A stretch of 63,628 nucleotides of DNA, counting the filler, from Choristocarpus tenellus KU-1152 (Eukaryota; Protista; Phaeophyceae): assembly GCA_964200185.2 (NCBI GenBank). It is 10 parts of 10 records of this genome, joined end to end, with 100 filler letters (N's around TTAATTAATTAA, not from the genome) between each part and the next. Parts side by side here need not be neighbours in the genome. Positions count along the whole stretch, not along the records: positions 51,337 to 54,202 come from CAXNAD020024094.1; positions 54,303 to 60,476 come from CAXNAD020008762.1; positions 60,577 to 63,628 come from CAXNAD020022666.1; 7 more parts are not named here. One strand, 5' to 3'. A program made the translations under genes and the position numbers. Shown piece by piece: positions 51,337-63,628 of this stretch (position 1 is its first letter; every line of letters begins with the position of its first letter). Below the pieces are notes generated by a model. That model made no database searches, was not told the DNA's origin, and worked only from the letters and a program-made list of their open reading frames with translations.

Positions 51337-53950
51337 GTTGGTATGTGGCTCGTGGGCGACACACCGCCCATCATGCCCCCCGCAGTTGATCCCGCCGCCC
51401 CACCCCCTCCCACATCGTCAAAGGAATGAGGAGGAGGTATCGGGAGATGCGGGGAAGAAGCCTCCATGATGATAGTGTCGTTGTCCTGGGCAAGGCTTGC
51501 CAGTCAATGAAATGGTCCCACGATAGGGAAAGATGGGCAGGGCCACGAAACGTGGGTCAGGTCATGTAATGTGGGCATGGCGACGGAATATGCGAAAATA
51601 TAAGGTCGACAAGATGTGTGCATACATTTCCAAAAACATTCATTAACGGGGGGCAGGTTACTCCAAACAGGACAAACCTTGCGGTATTGCGAGGTGCAAG
51701 GGAAGGTGTGGGTGTTTCGTGCTGTCGCAGTATATAGAGAGAGATGGGAACGGTCAAAATATGGGTCGCAATGCGATCCAGTGGAGTAAAAAGTCAATAA
51801 CGACAGAAGGGGGCACAAATGACCCTTCTCTGACATCTATACGTTGTCTTCTTTTTTCTTGGTCCATTACTCGAAGAACAAACGGAATCACCAAGAGACC
51901 CCACCCCTACCAGAGTTCCACTATGCATACTGAAGTTATCAATATTTCGCAGAATAGGAAAGGGTGACACAGATATCAGCAGGGTCTGAGAAGGGAAAAA
52001 AACCCGTACAACATTGATCTCTCAACAGAAGAACCCATTCTACTTCCCTCACGCCATTTTCTCCATCCATTGATGCGGAGAAAACATCAAGTGATCTGAG
52101 GTGTGGAGATTACCAGAGACCCAACTCATCAATCCAATGTGGACTATTTATTCACCACTAGTGGATGGCACAAACAACGGGGTCGAAGATGTATGCAAGA
52201 TCACCTCTCTCACGTCCAGCACACCACCCTTGCGAACCTGGCGTTGGCCAGGGTGTTGTGGCCACTGTAGATATCTCTCCACCGATTACGGACCACGATT
52301 AGCTTCACCATACAGTACCCACTAGTAAGTAGGAGAGCAACTCCCCTCACCACCCCACAACAGTGTTTTGATGCTGCGCAGGAAATTTCGGAGCTTCAGG
52401 CTCCCCACAGATTCAGACCTCCACGTGCTAGACCAGCTTGTTGTGGAGACAGAGTGAGATGTCACCTCTGTGCAATGTCCAACACACCTATCACTTTGAT
52501 TGGTCTGACGACAATTTGCGTCAACCAGACTAGTCGGCAGTTCGCTAATATTAAATCCAAGTCGAAATGGAGCTGGTTGGAGGGAGTGGAGATAGAAAGC
52601 TGATAGACATTCCGTGGTTGCTAATTACCCTTGAAAGACCCATTATAGATTGGTTGAGAGATGTCCGGTTGACGTCACAAGTACCAATTTTACATTTTGA
52701 TTTTGGACGACATTACCCAATACTGTACTGGAGTTGCAGTCCATCAAAAAGTAGTTGGTTGGGATCTGTGATATAATTGACATACATCAAATTATCTTCT
52801 AAAATTTTATACTCAAATATCTATTTGTTGTACGAATGGATGTATATATGATATTTCCTCTACACAAAGAAAAAATCATCCCTTTACTGTTCTTGGATAG
52901 GGGAAACACTCTTATTCGTGGCCTTTCGCCTTCGGTGGTTGGGCATTTGGTCGCCTTCCACAACAATAGAGAAATAAACCAAATCACTTGTAATATTGAG
53001 ACTACTGTTACTTCAAATACCCCAGAAGAGGTAGGTACATCCACAGACAAGATGCCAATCAACAAAACAACCCTAACGAACCCCCAAGAAAAAAAATCGT
53101 AGAGATCATACAACGGTTCACTATTTCGGACAAGTTCAACAGGGTAAGAGAACGTTCGTTTGCTGTCTAGAACACTCGAAATAGATCGATTGTTATTGAA
53201 GCATTGATTGGTTAGAGTTTGATGCTAATTATACACTCCTACCACCATGTAAGTTCTGTGACATGAAAGGTTGGATTATTATTATAGAAAGGAAATACTA
53301 CTAATAGAAAGGCGTATGTATGACCGTAACTCTTAGAACTCTTACTCAAACAGGATCAAATATGTGACGGTAGAACACAAGGGAGGTGGGCAAGAAGGGT
53401 CCCCACTCTTGGCATGTTTCCCTATTCTTGGGATGGTTCCCCACCTCCTTCACCACCTTCATCAGGCTAAGGTAGATTAAAACATAATGGTAGAGTGTTC
53501 ATTACGTTGTAGTTGGAAGTAGTGAACAACAATTAAGGGGACATAGCTGTCGTTTGTTTTCAAATGGTGCATATTCTAGGCAGATGTCTTATTAATAGTA
53601 TTGACAGCTGTTGAGTTATAGTAGTCCGTGTAATGTAGTTTTTGTTTTTTCCCTCAAGCATTTGCAAAATTTCAGAGAGTTAAATACTATATTTTGCTTT
53701 GGTCACTAATTCTGGATTACTAATTACTCTTTGTTTGCATTCCACCTATTATTCTACCCTCCCATTGTAACACCACGTGTGACCAACCAGTGCCACCCCT
53801 TTGCCACTGATTTCCAGTCACCAACCACATCCAACGACCAACCAGTGTGACCCCTTTGCCACTTATTTCCAGTCACCACCACTCTCCACTACACCCCCCC
53901 ATTCAACCCACTCAACCCACACCACTTTCCATTCCTTTATCCTCACAACA

Positions 53951-54127
53951 GACCCAAAGTATCTGGGGGGGGTGGGGGGTTTACACCAGGATGTCCATTT
54001 GACCAAAACCAGGAAAAGTGCACTTACATTATCCATCCGACATATGCAACCAAATCACCCAAAAATTGCGATATGGAAAAAATTGACCCCAAATGGACAC
54101 CCGCCACCCCCCCAAATACTTTGAGCC
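53951..54127 (+). mobile_element. MITE family B, complete copy (TSD AACA)
   Basis: acaaca|gaccc...gagcc|aacact. Confidence 0.92.
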
Positions 54128-54165
54128 AACACTTTCCACAACTCTACGCTTCATCATGCCATCAA

Positions 54166-54202
54166 GATCCAAAGTATCTGGGGGGGGGTGGCGGGTCTAC
54201 AC
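54166..54202 (+). mobile_element. MITE family B end cut by contig end
   Basis: gatccaaagtatctgggg...gtctacac. Confidence 0.85.
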
Positions 54203-54302
54203 NNNNNNNNNNNNNNNNNNNNNNNNNNNNNNNNNNNNNNNNNNNNTTAATTAATTAANNNNNNNNNNNNNNNNNNNNNNNNNNNNNNNNNNNNNNNNNN
54301 NN
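54203..54302. other. Artificial contig linker
   Basis: N44-TTAATTAATTAA-N44. Confidence 0.98.
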
Positions 54303-54339
54303 GTGTCGACCACCCCCCCCCTCCCAGATACTTTGGGTC
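54303..54339 (-). mobile_element. MITE family B end at contig start
   Basis: cctcccagatactttgggtc. Confidence 0.85.
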
Positions 54340-54973
54340 ACAACCATTGAGGGGACAACGTTGTCTGTATTATTTTCCCAAATCGAAGTACAATATTTTA
54401 GGGAGGGGTATTAATATTGATGACAAATGTGATAAGAGTTGGTACTCTTTTTTGGTTTTGATTTTGGTTTTCTTGGTGATACGTACGCAAAAAGTGCTAT
54501 TAGAAATTAAAACAAATATAATAGCTGTATTTTTTGTTGTTCGACTTTTAGGTGTGGTATTATATGAAGGTATGTAAGACTCCAAATACGACCTCTATGT
54601 TGATATGTCTGCGCGTTGCGCGCACAGGAGACATCAACACAAATTTAAAATCATTATCTACAAGTAAAGGGTAAATTTGGACTGCATAGAGGAACCAGAT
54701 ATCCGAAGTTGGAGGGGGGAAAGTCAGCCATCCGTTCGCCATGACAGCTCAACAAATGGGGGAGACTACTAAACTGGTTGGGGCGATGATGAACTTGAGG
54801 CATAACTCCAACTTCAAGGTTTTGTCGGGATCATCGTTACCTCTACACCCACACCCCTATCAGACATCATAACCGCTTCCTCAACAGTTATGCCCTCCAT
54901 TACATGACGAAACTCATCCACACGACGACCTTCGTATCAGCCATTCCATATTGACAATCTTGTCTTCCGTCAG

Positions 54974-57900
54974 GGCGGCCTTGATGTTGGGGGTGCCCCG
55001 AGCTCGGCGGCGTCTCCTGGTGAACACCTCGCCTTTCTTCGACGGTTCTCTAGCTCTGTATCCGAGGACTCCCAAGGCTATGTACAGGTAGGCTCTCCAC
55101 CTTATAAGGGCCTTCAACTGCAAGAGAGCTGCCAGTGTGTGCTTGATTGGGTGTGATTCTATAACAAAGCTAAAACTGCTCAGGCAAGAACTTGGATTTA
55201 TAATCAATAATGAGCATTTTGCCTGTCCCATCCTTACACAGGATCCCAGAGACACTGATATGCTGGCGGCGAAGTTTGCAGAGATACAGGTATGCTTTTC
55301 TTTCTCTTCCCGAAATCTTTGCCTCTCGCATGAGCTATTTTATACTTTGCGCACCGTAGATTCCAACTCAACTACACCTCTATGAGTTTAATACCAAGGC
55401 GGACACTCCGAACATACTCTAAGGCTGTCAGTTCCAGCATAGGGAATTCCCACTGTGCCCCCCACATTAAGTTGTTAAGGTCCTTACGTTGTCGCTGGCA
55501 TTATGCCCTTGTCACAGGAATATATTTTCCCTCTTGTAACTCGCCCTCCTCTTTCATGCGTTTGTGTAGCTTGCTGACTGAACTGTCAACAACACCTGGT
55601 TGCTCCTTGACATGAAACTCCTTCCTGCATGAGTGATCCAGGTCCGTGCTCTGGTGGACAATGAGCTTGAGGCGTGCTTGGTCTTGCACGAGAGCAGGGA
55701 GTTCTGGCAGCAGCGCCTCGAGCGGCCATGGGCTGCCGTTCGGAATTGGCTGGAGGCGGGTGAGACCACAAGTCCCATTTGAGTACCAACCTAGGGTGAA
55801 CATACCTATTGCCCCAAAACCCCCACACAGAGCAGGAAACTATTTTTTAAGGCAATCGTGCAACCTATGCCTAGATGTACCCCTGAACACAGGTAGACAT
55901 TATCCACACAAGAGGTGCTGATATTGAACACACAAGACCTCAAAGTCCTCAACCTTAACCAGTATGTTTCTACTCCTATTGATTGGTTTTGTTTCACAAC
56001 CCTACGATCACTCCATACCAGCTCTTTCCAGTACCTGAGATATATGGTATCATCTTACACTACTAGTCTTGACCAATGCCACTCTATCATAGTACCCAAC
56101 CTCACATCAGCTTTGTCCAAGACACCAACATCAAATCATAGCCCTTCCTGTATGTTGTGATCAGTGTGATTATAGCCAACCCCAACTACAGCATTATACT
56201 ACACCCTAATGATAGGATCCCTGGGCCTCTTTCTTCAGATCTGTCCTTCTTTACTACTTTAAGACTCGAAATTTATGAAGTCCTTGAACTCCACCCTTGT
56301 CCTTGCCACGCTCCAATACATTTTGAATCTTCTTTTGATATCATTTGTCTCAACAGAAATAAGTCTTCAACCCCAACATTAGCCCTAATGCTGCTACTCT
56401 TTCAAATTGTTGTTGATAGAACTTGTGAATACTGGGAACATGCTTGACTTTTTTTCTAAGAGTGAAAGTATCTTAGAGGGTACAAGTTTAGCCCTGTTTG
56501 TCCATTTGGGGCTTGGCTTACCATGGTTTTTTTTATGGCATTTTCCCACTCCAAAATGTTTCAAAGTAGGTAAAATGTATACGTTATGAAAAGGCGTGTC
56601 CAAAGCAAGGATATTGATACTTCCTAACAAATACGATAGTCAACATTACATCAAAATTGCAACATCCGATTTTGGCCCCCAAATGGACGCGGCTCTACCC
56701 TCTAAGAAACTTTGTCTCGTAATTGTTCGTCTATGGCACATCCTTCAACATTTTCAGAACAGCAACCCTCCCCATCTAACTCTCACCCTCTTCATAACCC
56801 TGCTGTAGCAATGTAAAAAAACTTAAACCTAGCCCAATGTTATACCTAAACCACATGCCATTCCTGTTTTTAATCTGGTGTACTTCTACCTTTTGTCACA
56901 AGACCTTTCCCACCTGCTCTTCCCCCTACACCCTTCAACTTCCAGGCCCCTGGACATGGCGTACTGATAACTTACAGGATACTAATGATGCATATGAGAG
57001 GAAGCTAAGGAGGTGCCGAGAGTTGCTCCGGACCAAAATTGTAAGTGAATGGAGTTGTTGCGGAGAACAAAGGGGCTTCAGTTCGATAAATCAGAATAAC
57101 CAAATAACTGAAGTAAAAAGGCTCCATAGTTAAGTTATTTTCTTTGTTCCCAATGCAAGGAGAAGTGTGACTCCTGAGCATGTCAGAGTTTACAGGACCG
57201 CATATTTGTCACTACCCACCACTCACTACACATTCCACTGTTCATGGCTTTGGATCTGCCTGCTGAGGCCTATCATGGTACCACGCACCACTTGCCAACC
57301 TGCACGAGTTTCTTGGGCATTGTGTAGTGTGCCAACAGTTACATCAGATTAATCGAAGCCGATTTAATCGTAGTCGCAAATTATTTCGGTTCATAACGCT
57401 AGTGTTTACAGGTTGGTAGGGTTTACATGCGGGTTTTATTCCCCAAGAGTGAGAATTACTCACATATATGAACAAGGTAGATTTTCTTTATGATGTAGGG
57501 ACCCGTGGGAAGGTGGTGGGGATAGTGTAACAAGAAGTATGCTGTGATAGAACAAGTTCCTTCTTGTGAGGTTTGTAAACCCACATTTGTAGGTCTACTG
57601 TTTTATGGTGTTAGCATTGACATTGTTGACGGTTCTTGTCCCTTGGCCACCTTAGGTGCATTCCTTTAGGAATCTTTTTTGATAAACTAATCAAGTACTG
57701 CAATCCTACTGAGAAGAGAGTCCTTGCAGAAGCAGGCTGACGGTGGTTTGTAGTAGTTACAATTCAATTCCATTCTTGAAACCTGACTAAATGATTGATG
57801 GTGGGGAGGTTGGACCATGGTAGCAAGGAGTTTTGCTGGGACTGGATAAGTGCACAGCTAGGGTGACACCAGCAGGGCAGAAAGATTGAAGAAACGAGGA

Positions 57901-58857
57901 TACAGTTAGGATCTGAAGCTGGTGAAAGTATGGCAAGCAGACATGTGTAGCAAGGAGGGCTATGTACAGATTGGTCTCCGTTTCTGGTGACTCAAATGTT
58001 GCACAACATAGACTACCCTACTCTGGCATTTTTTTCTGAGAAGGAGGGATGAAAACATCTGAGTGAGTGATGCATATGTAAAGAGTGTGTTCAAAGGCAG
58101 CAATACGCTGGACACTTGCAGGTCACAACAAATGAACTTGAGAGTAACATGGATGAGGGCATCACAAGGGTCCTAATGAGACCTGTGCTCAAGCACAGGC
58201 GAGAGATTGTAACCAACAACCAGCTGGTGCCCGCTTTGCAAAAGGTGATCAGGTTTACAGATGAGGACTGGACCCTCCACGTTAAGGAGATAAAGTCCAG
58301 TTTGCCAATCTGGTGAGGTTAGGCAATGCCACCCCTGCTAGCAATCGGATCCATGACATTAGAGCAGCTGCTGACTCATTCATGGTAGACTGTCATCTGG
58401 ACAGTGGTTTTCAGCGTAACATGGGACAAGAGACCGAGAATTGGAAACTGGGGCTGATCAAGATGACCAACAGGGATGCCTCATCAGGTTTGAAGCCTCT
58501 GGAGTTTCAAGCACTGGTGCTACTTGAGGAGTACTGCACTCGGTGTTTAAAGGGGATTCGGATGGTCTCCTTGACCCATCCTTGACCAAGCAGAGAAGGG
58601 GCATTCACAATTGCACTATGGCATTCCGGGCCAACAATGGCTGGTGTGGTGCAGAGCACAGAGGGGTTAAGTCCCCCAATGACCACAGAGTTGTCAGTCC
58701 TGAGAAGGCTGGTCACTCTCAGGGAAACCTACAATGGTGATCAGAGGGTGCGATTCCCAGACATGCACCATACCTGTCGAAGGAGGGCCACAAGGCAACT
58801 GAGTGTTGATCAAGGATGGTTTCCACACATCCACAACTGCAGCAGAGGATCAGTGAG
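54974..58857 (+). pseudogene. Spliced gene with TPR-like N-terminal segment, disrupted; exons from ~54974, 55242-55289, 55642-55759, 56946-57040, 58122-58857
   Basis: Phases match across four exons (DPRDTDMLAAKFAEIQ|VRALVDNELE...WLEA|GPWTW...RTKI|VTTNELES). ALYPRTPKAMYR is TPR-like. Frameshift near 58310 and TGA at 58583. Confidence 0.5.
56460..56718 (-). mobile_element. MITE family A copy, intronic (flanks ctaa/gtaa)
   Basis: Both TIRs present. Confidence 0.9.
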
Positions 58858-60476
58858 GTATGCTTTCGGTGTTCAATTGTTTCTTGTTTCTTGACCAACC
58901 CAGGTGCATACCCTGGGGAGTCACTCCCAATAAATGAATCAAGCAACTACCCTAAAACATACCGAGGATGAGAATGCCCTCTTGACCGTAGGCCAACTAT
59001 GGTTTACAGTGTGTACTGGTTTGGACAGGCATTTAAAGATTTTTGTTGCATTGGAAGTAGGGTTCACCTTGATCCCTTGACGTGTCCTTGACTTAGTTTC
59101 CTTGCTCTTTTTTGAACGGGTTTCTAGTCACATTGGAGCCTATGGCAATACCTACTTCGCCATTCTAGAATAGCCTGCCAACAACTCTTATCCCTGAAAT
59201 TTCCCTTTTGTGTACCTCTTTGGAAACTTCCTCCAAATTACGCCTTCCTATTCTTCAGTAGTAAACTAGACATTAGCCAGTTCGCAACGCACCAATTAGA
59301 CCCAATTCGTTGCCTTTCTTGCAAGCAGGTCCAATGCCCACTAAGCTGTTATTTGTAGGGCAATCTAATCTTATAGGGCTTGACTGGGTTTCCCTACCTG
59401 CCACCAAATTTCACGCTCCCAAACAATGTTGAGGCAGTAAGTTCCTAGTGACAGTAGCTTGTCCCATTCGTAACTAGCAAGAAAGAGGTAAGGGTGAAGA
59501 AACTGTGGGAATGCCACAAAAAGGTACATATTTTCATTTTTTTCTATTTCTAGCTTTTCTCTTTTCGTTCCGTGTCCCCCAGATGTTTCTTTTGGAAAGA
59601 TCCTTTTCTCCAGGGGGCTGATGTTGGAACATTGATGAGTATTCCTCTTTTCTATTCTTCACTTCATTCTTAATGGTGGTGCTTACTTTTCCTGGCAAGA
59701 TGTGAGATGTGACCCAAGATTGATGGATGGCAACAAGAGATTTCATAGTTGTTAGGAATGAAATGCTGTGTTTCCGCTTTTGAGGGGGCTGTAAAAGTGA
59801 AAAGCAAGCCGCGAATTTTGTGTTGTTCTAAGAGCAATCCCCGCCGGACTGAACCTGAAGGACTAGATTCTATCTTCCTGATGGAGGCGAGATGGTGGTC
59901 AGGAGGATCCTCCATAGGATCTGGCGGACAGGGTGTGAATCCGCCCACATGTTTCCATAAGTGGACCTCAAACAAGTTTTTTCCAACAGCAAAATTTTCT
60001 TTTTTTTTCCTGTGTGAAAATGTTTATCATATGGTTTATGGCACATGTTGCGTAGTTCCACTCACTGCTAGTGCAATGAACAACATGTGACATGCATATG
60101 ATGAGGAGAAGACTGATCCAACGCAATCACTCCCTCCCATTCCTCACTGACTTTCTGCCTCCTGGTGCTATTCCATTATTGGGGCTTGTTTCCTATTCCT
60201 AAGCTGAGTGCAGGTTCACTCCAACTACACCTCACGAAGATGAAGCAGGTGAGTTTCATTTAATGCATGAGAAAGAGAAGGATGGGCAAGAGGCTCCTGG
60301 ATATAGATATATTTTCAATTGGTGGGTGTGGTGCTGATCAAGCTTGGAATTGATTTATTCTGATTTGTGGGTTTGCGAAGGAAGCTTGTTTTGTAGGTGC
60401 AAGTGGGGTGGTAGTGAGGTTGGAGGAGGAGAGGGATGGAGGGTGGGGGGGGGCTCTCTCACTTTGTCATAGTCAT

Positions 60477-60576
60477 NNNNNNNNNNNNNNNNNNNNNNNN
60501 NNNNNNNNNNNNNNNNNNNNTTAATTAATTAANNNNNNNNNNNNNNNNNNNNNNNNNNNNNNNNNNNNNNNNNNNN
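60477..60576. other. Artificial contig linker
   Basis: N44-TTAATTAATTAA-N44. Confidence 0.98.
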
Positions 60577-61593
60577 CCCCTACCCCCACCAATACCTCCA
60601 CCAACCCCAGCACCCCCACCAGGAACTGACTCAGTTGGCCTCCCTACCCCTCGACCATAAGGATGTTTCAAATGCTGGTGCTTGTTTCAGGGTCACACGA
60701 CAGCAATTCCAAGATCCAGAGAAGGACGGGGGGTTGGAGGGGGTGAGCTAGTGAGAAAGATGAACACCATGACGGTGAAAACTATATGAAACTTTGCTGA
60801 ACCAAGAGGAGTATTGCTGATGGTACTGTGGTACCCTCCACTTGTACTACTGCAGTACTTGGTACCACATGGCTTCACCATAAATCGTTCTGGGCCTTGC
60901 CCTGATAAACCCCATTAAAAAAAAAGGCTCCAGTTTTGTGCCAGCAAGCCTATATTATACCAGTCTTGGCTTATTAATTAAGATTATGATAACTTGCTAG
61001 GGGTAGACTACTACTACTGTACTTGACTGGAGCTCTAGGCTACAAAAGAGTGCTTCGGTGTGTAATTCAGAGTACAATTTAGCTCTTGTAAATTAAGGCA
61101 TTCCCCCAATGGAGAAAGGTACTAAAGGTCAGAGGAGCTAGCTGATAACACCCCTTCTCACCACTTTCTGCACAATATGCCTTGAACCAGTCCACATTGG
61201 ACATGTACCAAAATACGAACAACTGAATATTGTAATATGATCACAATCCATCCCCCATGGGAATGATCCTTCCATCCACAGCAACCTTTCCACACATAGA
61301 TGCATCACATGTAACTACTGGCGGAATGTTTCGTCGATCACCCCCCTACCATCAGCTATAGTACCTGCAACAACAGTGTAGTAGTGGACAACGCCTTCAA
61401 TGGGTGTGCCATTCAAACCAATACGGTTCAAACTCAAGGAAAGTGTGCGCCTACTTAGTTACGCTTGCCACCGGTGTTTTTATCCACTCTTCTTTGCAAT
61501 ACAGCAGCATGAAGATCAGAACACTTTTCACAGCAGGGTTTGGGGTCCACCCTACATGAAAAAAAATGTATTTTTGTTGATCTACTTTGAAGT

Positions 61594-61627
61594 ATACATA
61601 CATACATACATACATACATACATACAC
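61594..61627. repeat. (TACA)n microsatellite
   Basis: Direct inspection. Confidence 0.9.
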
Positions 61628-63245
61628 ACATATATACTTCGTGTTTACAGCTACTTATTCATTCCTTCCAGGCATTCAATTCATTGGCCGTTGCTTGACA
61701 CAATTAGAACTATTGTGTCCTATCATGAAATTACTATACTACTATTGTTCGAACCATTGACATATTTTGGACATTCATGCAAGTGTTCCATTTGCTCCAT
61801 ATTTTCAAGTTTGATAGACAAAAAGCCAACCAGGTGGGGACTAATTCTAGCACGCCATGCTGTCTTTTGTGCTCAAATTTTGTCCACCTAATGCACCAGT
61901 GCTGAAGCAGGTCGGTCTGTCCAAGACGCAACTCTACTGAGAGATAATGCTACTGTACCAAAGCAGAATGCACTGACACAAAGGCATTTCGAGGAAAACT
62001 ACTAAAAACCTATTGTTAAAAAAAATTCAAGCGACCTCTACCTTCCGGCAGACTAATACACGCTTCCAATTTTTTTTTTGTTATTATTGTGAAAATGTGC
62101 TCTTCGTAACTCAATATCAGAGTATCTAACAAACTGGAGCCATGATTAGATTCCACACCACATCCATTTTAATCAATGGTACAACAACTGCAAAACACGA
62201 TCCCCCTCTTTTTCTCTCACCTACAGAACACACTGACACGAGATTGTTTTGAAACATAGAGGAAATGCAATTGTAGCACCACACCATTGCGCCACCATGA
62301 CTAAACTCTGTGGGTATAGATATTAACAAGATGGACTACATGACTCCAGTGAAAGGATACACGCTTTGAGTAAAAAGCTCTCAAAATGACGGTTACATGT
62401 AACTAATTTGTCGATGTCACACATATTTCTGGACAAAAAAGAAAAAAGTGAAGTCAGTTACAGTTCCACCATAGTTGTTAATAGAGCACTGGGATACTGC
62501 TGATACCTCATGCTCTCATGACCAGAGTACAAGATGGAATGGCATCATGGCTGCACCACAGACTGACCACTACTGTGGATTCCAGAGCACCATATACCCA
62601 CCTCTGCAAAAGAGGTAAAGAAGTGAACGCAAACATCACTATCTACCACAATTAATGCAGAAGGAGAGCAACAAGCATACGCACTTTTCTGCAGGAGCAG
62701 AAATCAAATCAACTTCTCTAGCTGCATCACTATGATAGCATCACTCTCTCCCTTGGGATATTAAAACATTCTCATAGTAGTGGTCAATAGGGATACTTCC
62801 GTGTGTGTGTGTTGCGTCCCTCATGATTTTGAACCCCTTCCCCTGGGCATTACTTCATAGACCAAAAACGCCTTCAATACGTATATACAATTGATTTCGT
62901 TGCACCCCGTCCATCTTCTGCATATTGGCATTTGCCCTCATGTAATATAAACTGCAGTCGCATAACACTACAGTCCATCCTGGTCCCTACCTCCTTCAAC
63001 CTTCAACCTCAACACAAAGAACAAAACCCTTGTATATAGTCTCGTCTTGTACTTGCTTCTTAAATAGATATTTCAAGTATTTACCCCATTATTGTTGGTA
63101 TGATGCCCAGCCTGACCAAGCACTAAATGTACTATACAGTCTGTAATACACTTTGGCATAATTAGTGAACTGTAACAGGTCCACCTCATCTCAAAGCAGA
63201 TTGCTGTTTATCATATCACCAAAGGAGTGCTCCAGAAAGACTCAC

Positions 63246-63628
63246 CTGCGAAACACTACCTGCCTTACCACCCTGGACAACTCCACCCCTGCCTGTTGGC
63301 ATTGTCACTCCATCTCTGCTCCCTCTCCCACCCCGATAAATCCCCCTCGGGCCCATATATCCCCCCCTTGGTGCCTGTCCCCCAATCCCAGGACCTCCGC
63401 TACCTCCTCGCCCCCCCATCCCAACTCCAGGCACACCCCTCCCACTAGTCACAGAACCCACAACACCCCGCCCTCCAGCTCCAGCCCCCACCCCACTTCT
63501 CCCCCCAATCCCTGCCCCTGAACCCACTACACCCCTTCCCCCGGCCCCACCACGCCCCACAATCGCTGCACCTCGCCCCATGTAACCCCGTGGTTGTGGC
63601 GGGAGCAACAGTGGCACAGTTGTGCCAC
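63246..63628 (-). CDS. Exon encoding a Gly/Arg-rich (RGG/GRG) low-complexity region; runs off the window
   Basis: Open frame with many GRG/RGG motifs, ending at a strong CAG|gtgagt donor. Confidence 0.55.

Noticed and set aside
12198-54339. MITEs enriched at contig ends as a biological signal
   Set aside because: Expected assembly breakage at high-copy repeats and G/C homopolymer runs.
7576-56808. Recurring small ORFs such as MYTLRKGLSGTGILTLPNKHD and MLGSVNI
   Set aside because: Incidental translations of non-coding MITE family A; frames are not conserved between copies.
19035-58857. Stop-codon reassignment to explain in-frame stops in genes
   Set aside because: All three stop types occur and come with frameshifts; decay or sequence error is simpler.
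12219-60576. Recurring TTAATTAATTAA palindrome between N runs
   Set aside because: Identical 100-bp cassette nine times with stops in all frames: an artificial linker. ORFs containing X that touch it are artefacts.
1-63628. Fanzor/TnpB, Helitron Rep, tyrosine recombinase, viral genes, tRNA or rRNA genes
   Set aside because: No diagnostic motifs recognised by eye; highly decayed relics cannot be excluded without profile searches.

Overview
Eukaryotic nuclear DNA rich in transposable elements, not prokaryotic. It has GT-AG introns, (TTAGGG)n-type repeats, and copia, CRE, mariner and hAT relics. A stramenopile such as a brown alga is plausible, but that is inference. The window is ten contig pieces joined by nine artificial 100-bp N/TTAATTAATTAA/N linkers, so nothing can be linked across a linker. 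Main content: (i) about 20 copies of two related MITE families (A ~260 bp, B ~177 bp); (ii) decayed Ty1/copia elements and solo LTRs; (iii) 5'-truncated CRE-clade non-LTR retrotransposons with a restriction-like endonuclease (RLE); (iv) DD39D-type mariner and hAT transposase remnants; (v) 232-, 77- and 39-bp tandem repeats; (vi) a few spliced host genes, namely a voltage-gated cation channel (S1-S3), a METTL21-like methyltransferase, a TPR-like pseudogene and an RGG-rich exon. The best candidate for an undescribed system is the MITE end architecture. Both families have bipartite ends (outer AAAGTATCT plus inner GTCCATTTG). The spacer is ~16 bp at one end and 26-28 bp at the other, a difference of one helical turn that recalls the RSS 12/23 rule. 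Their target-site duplications (TSDs) are 3 or 4 bp with no sequence consensus. No matching autonomous transposase was recognised in the window.
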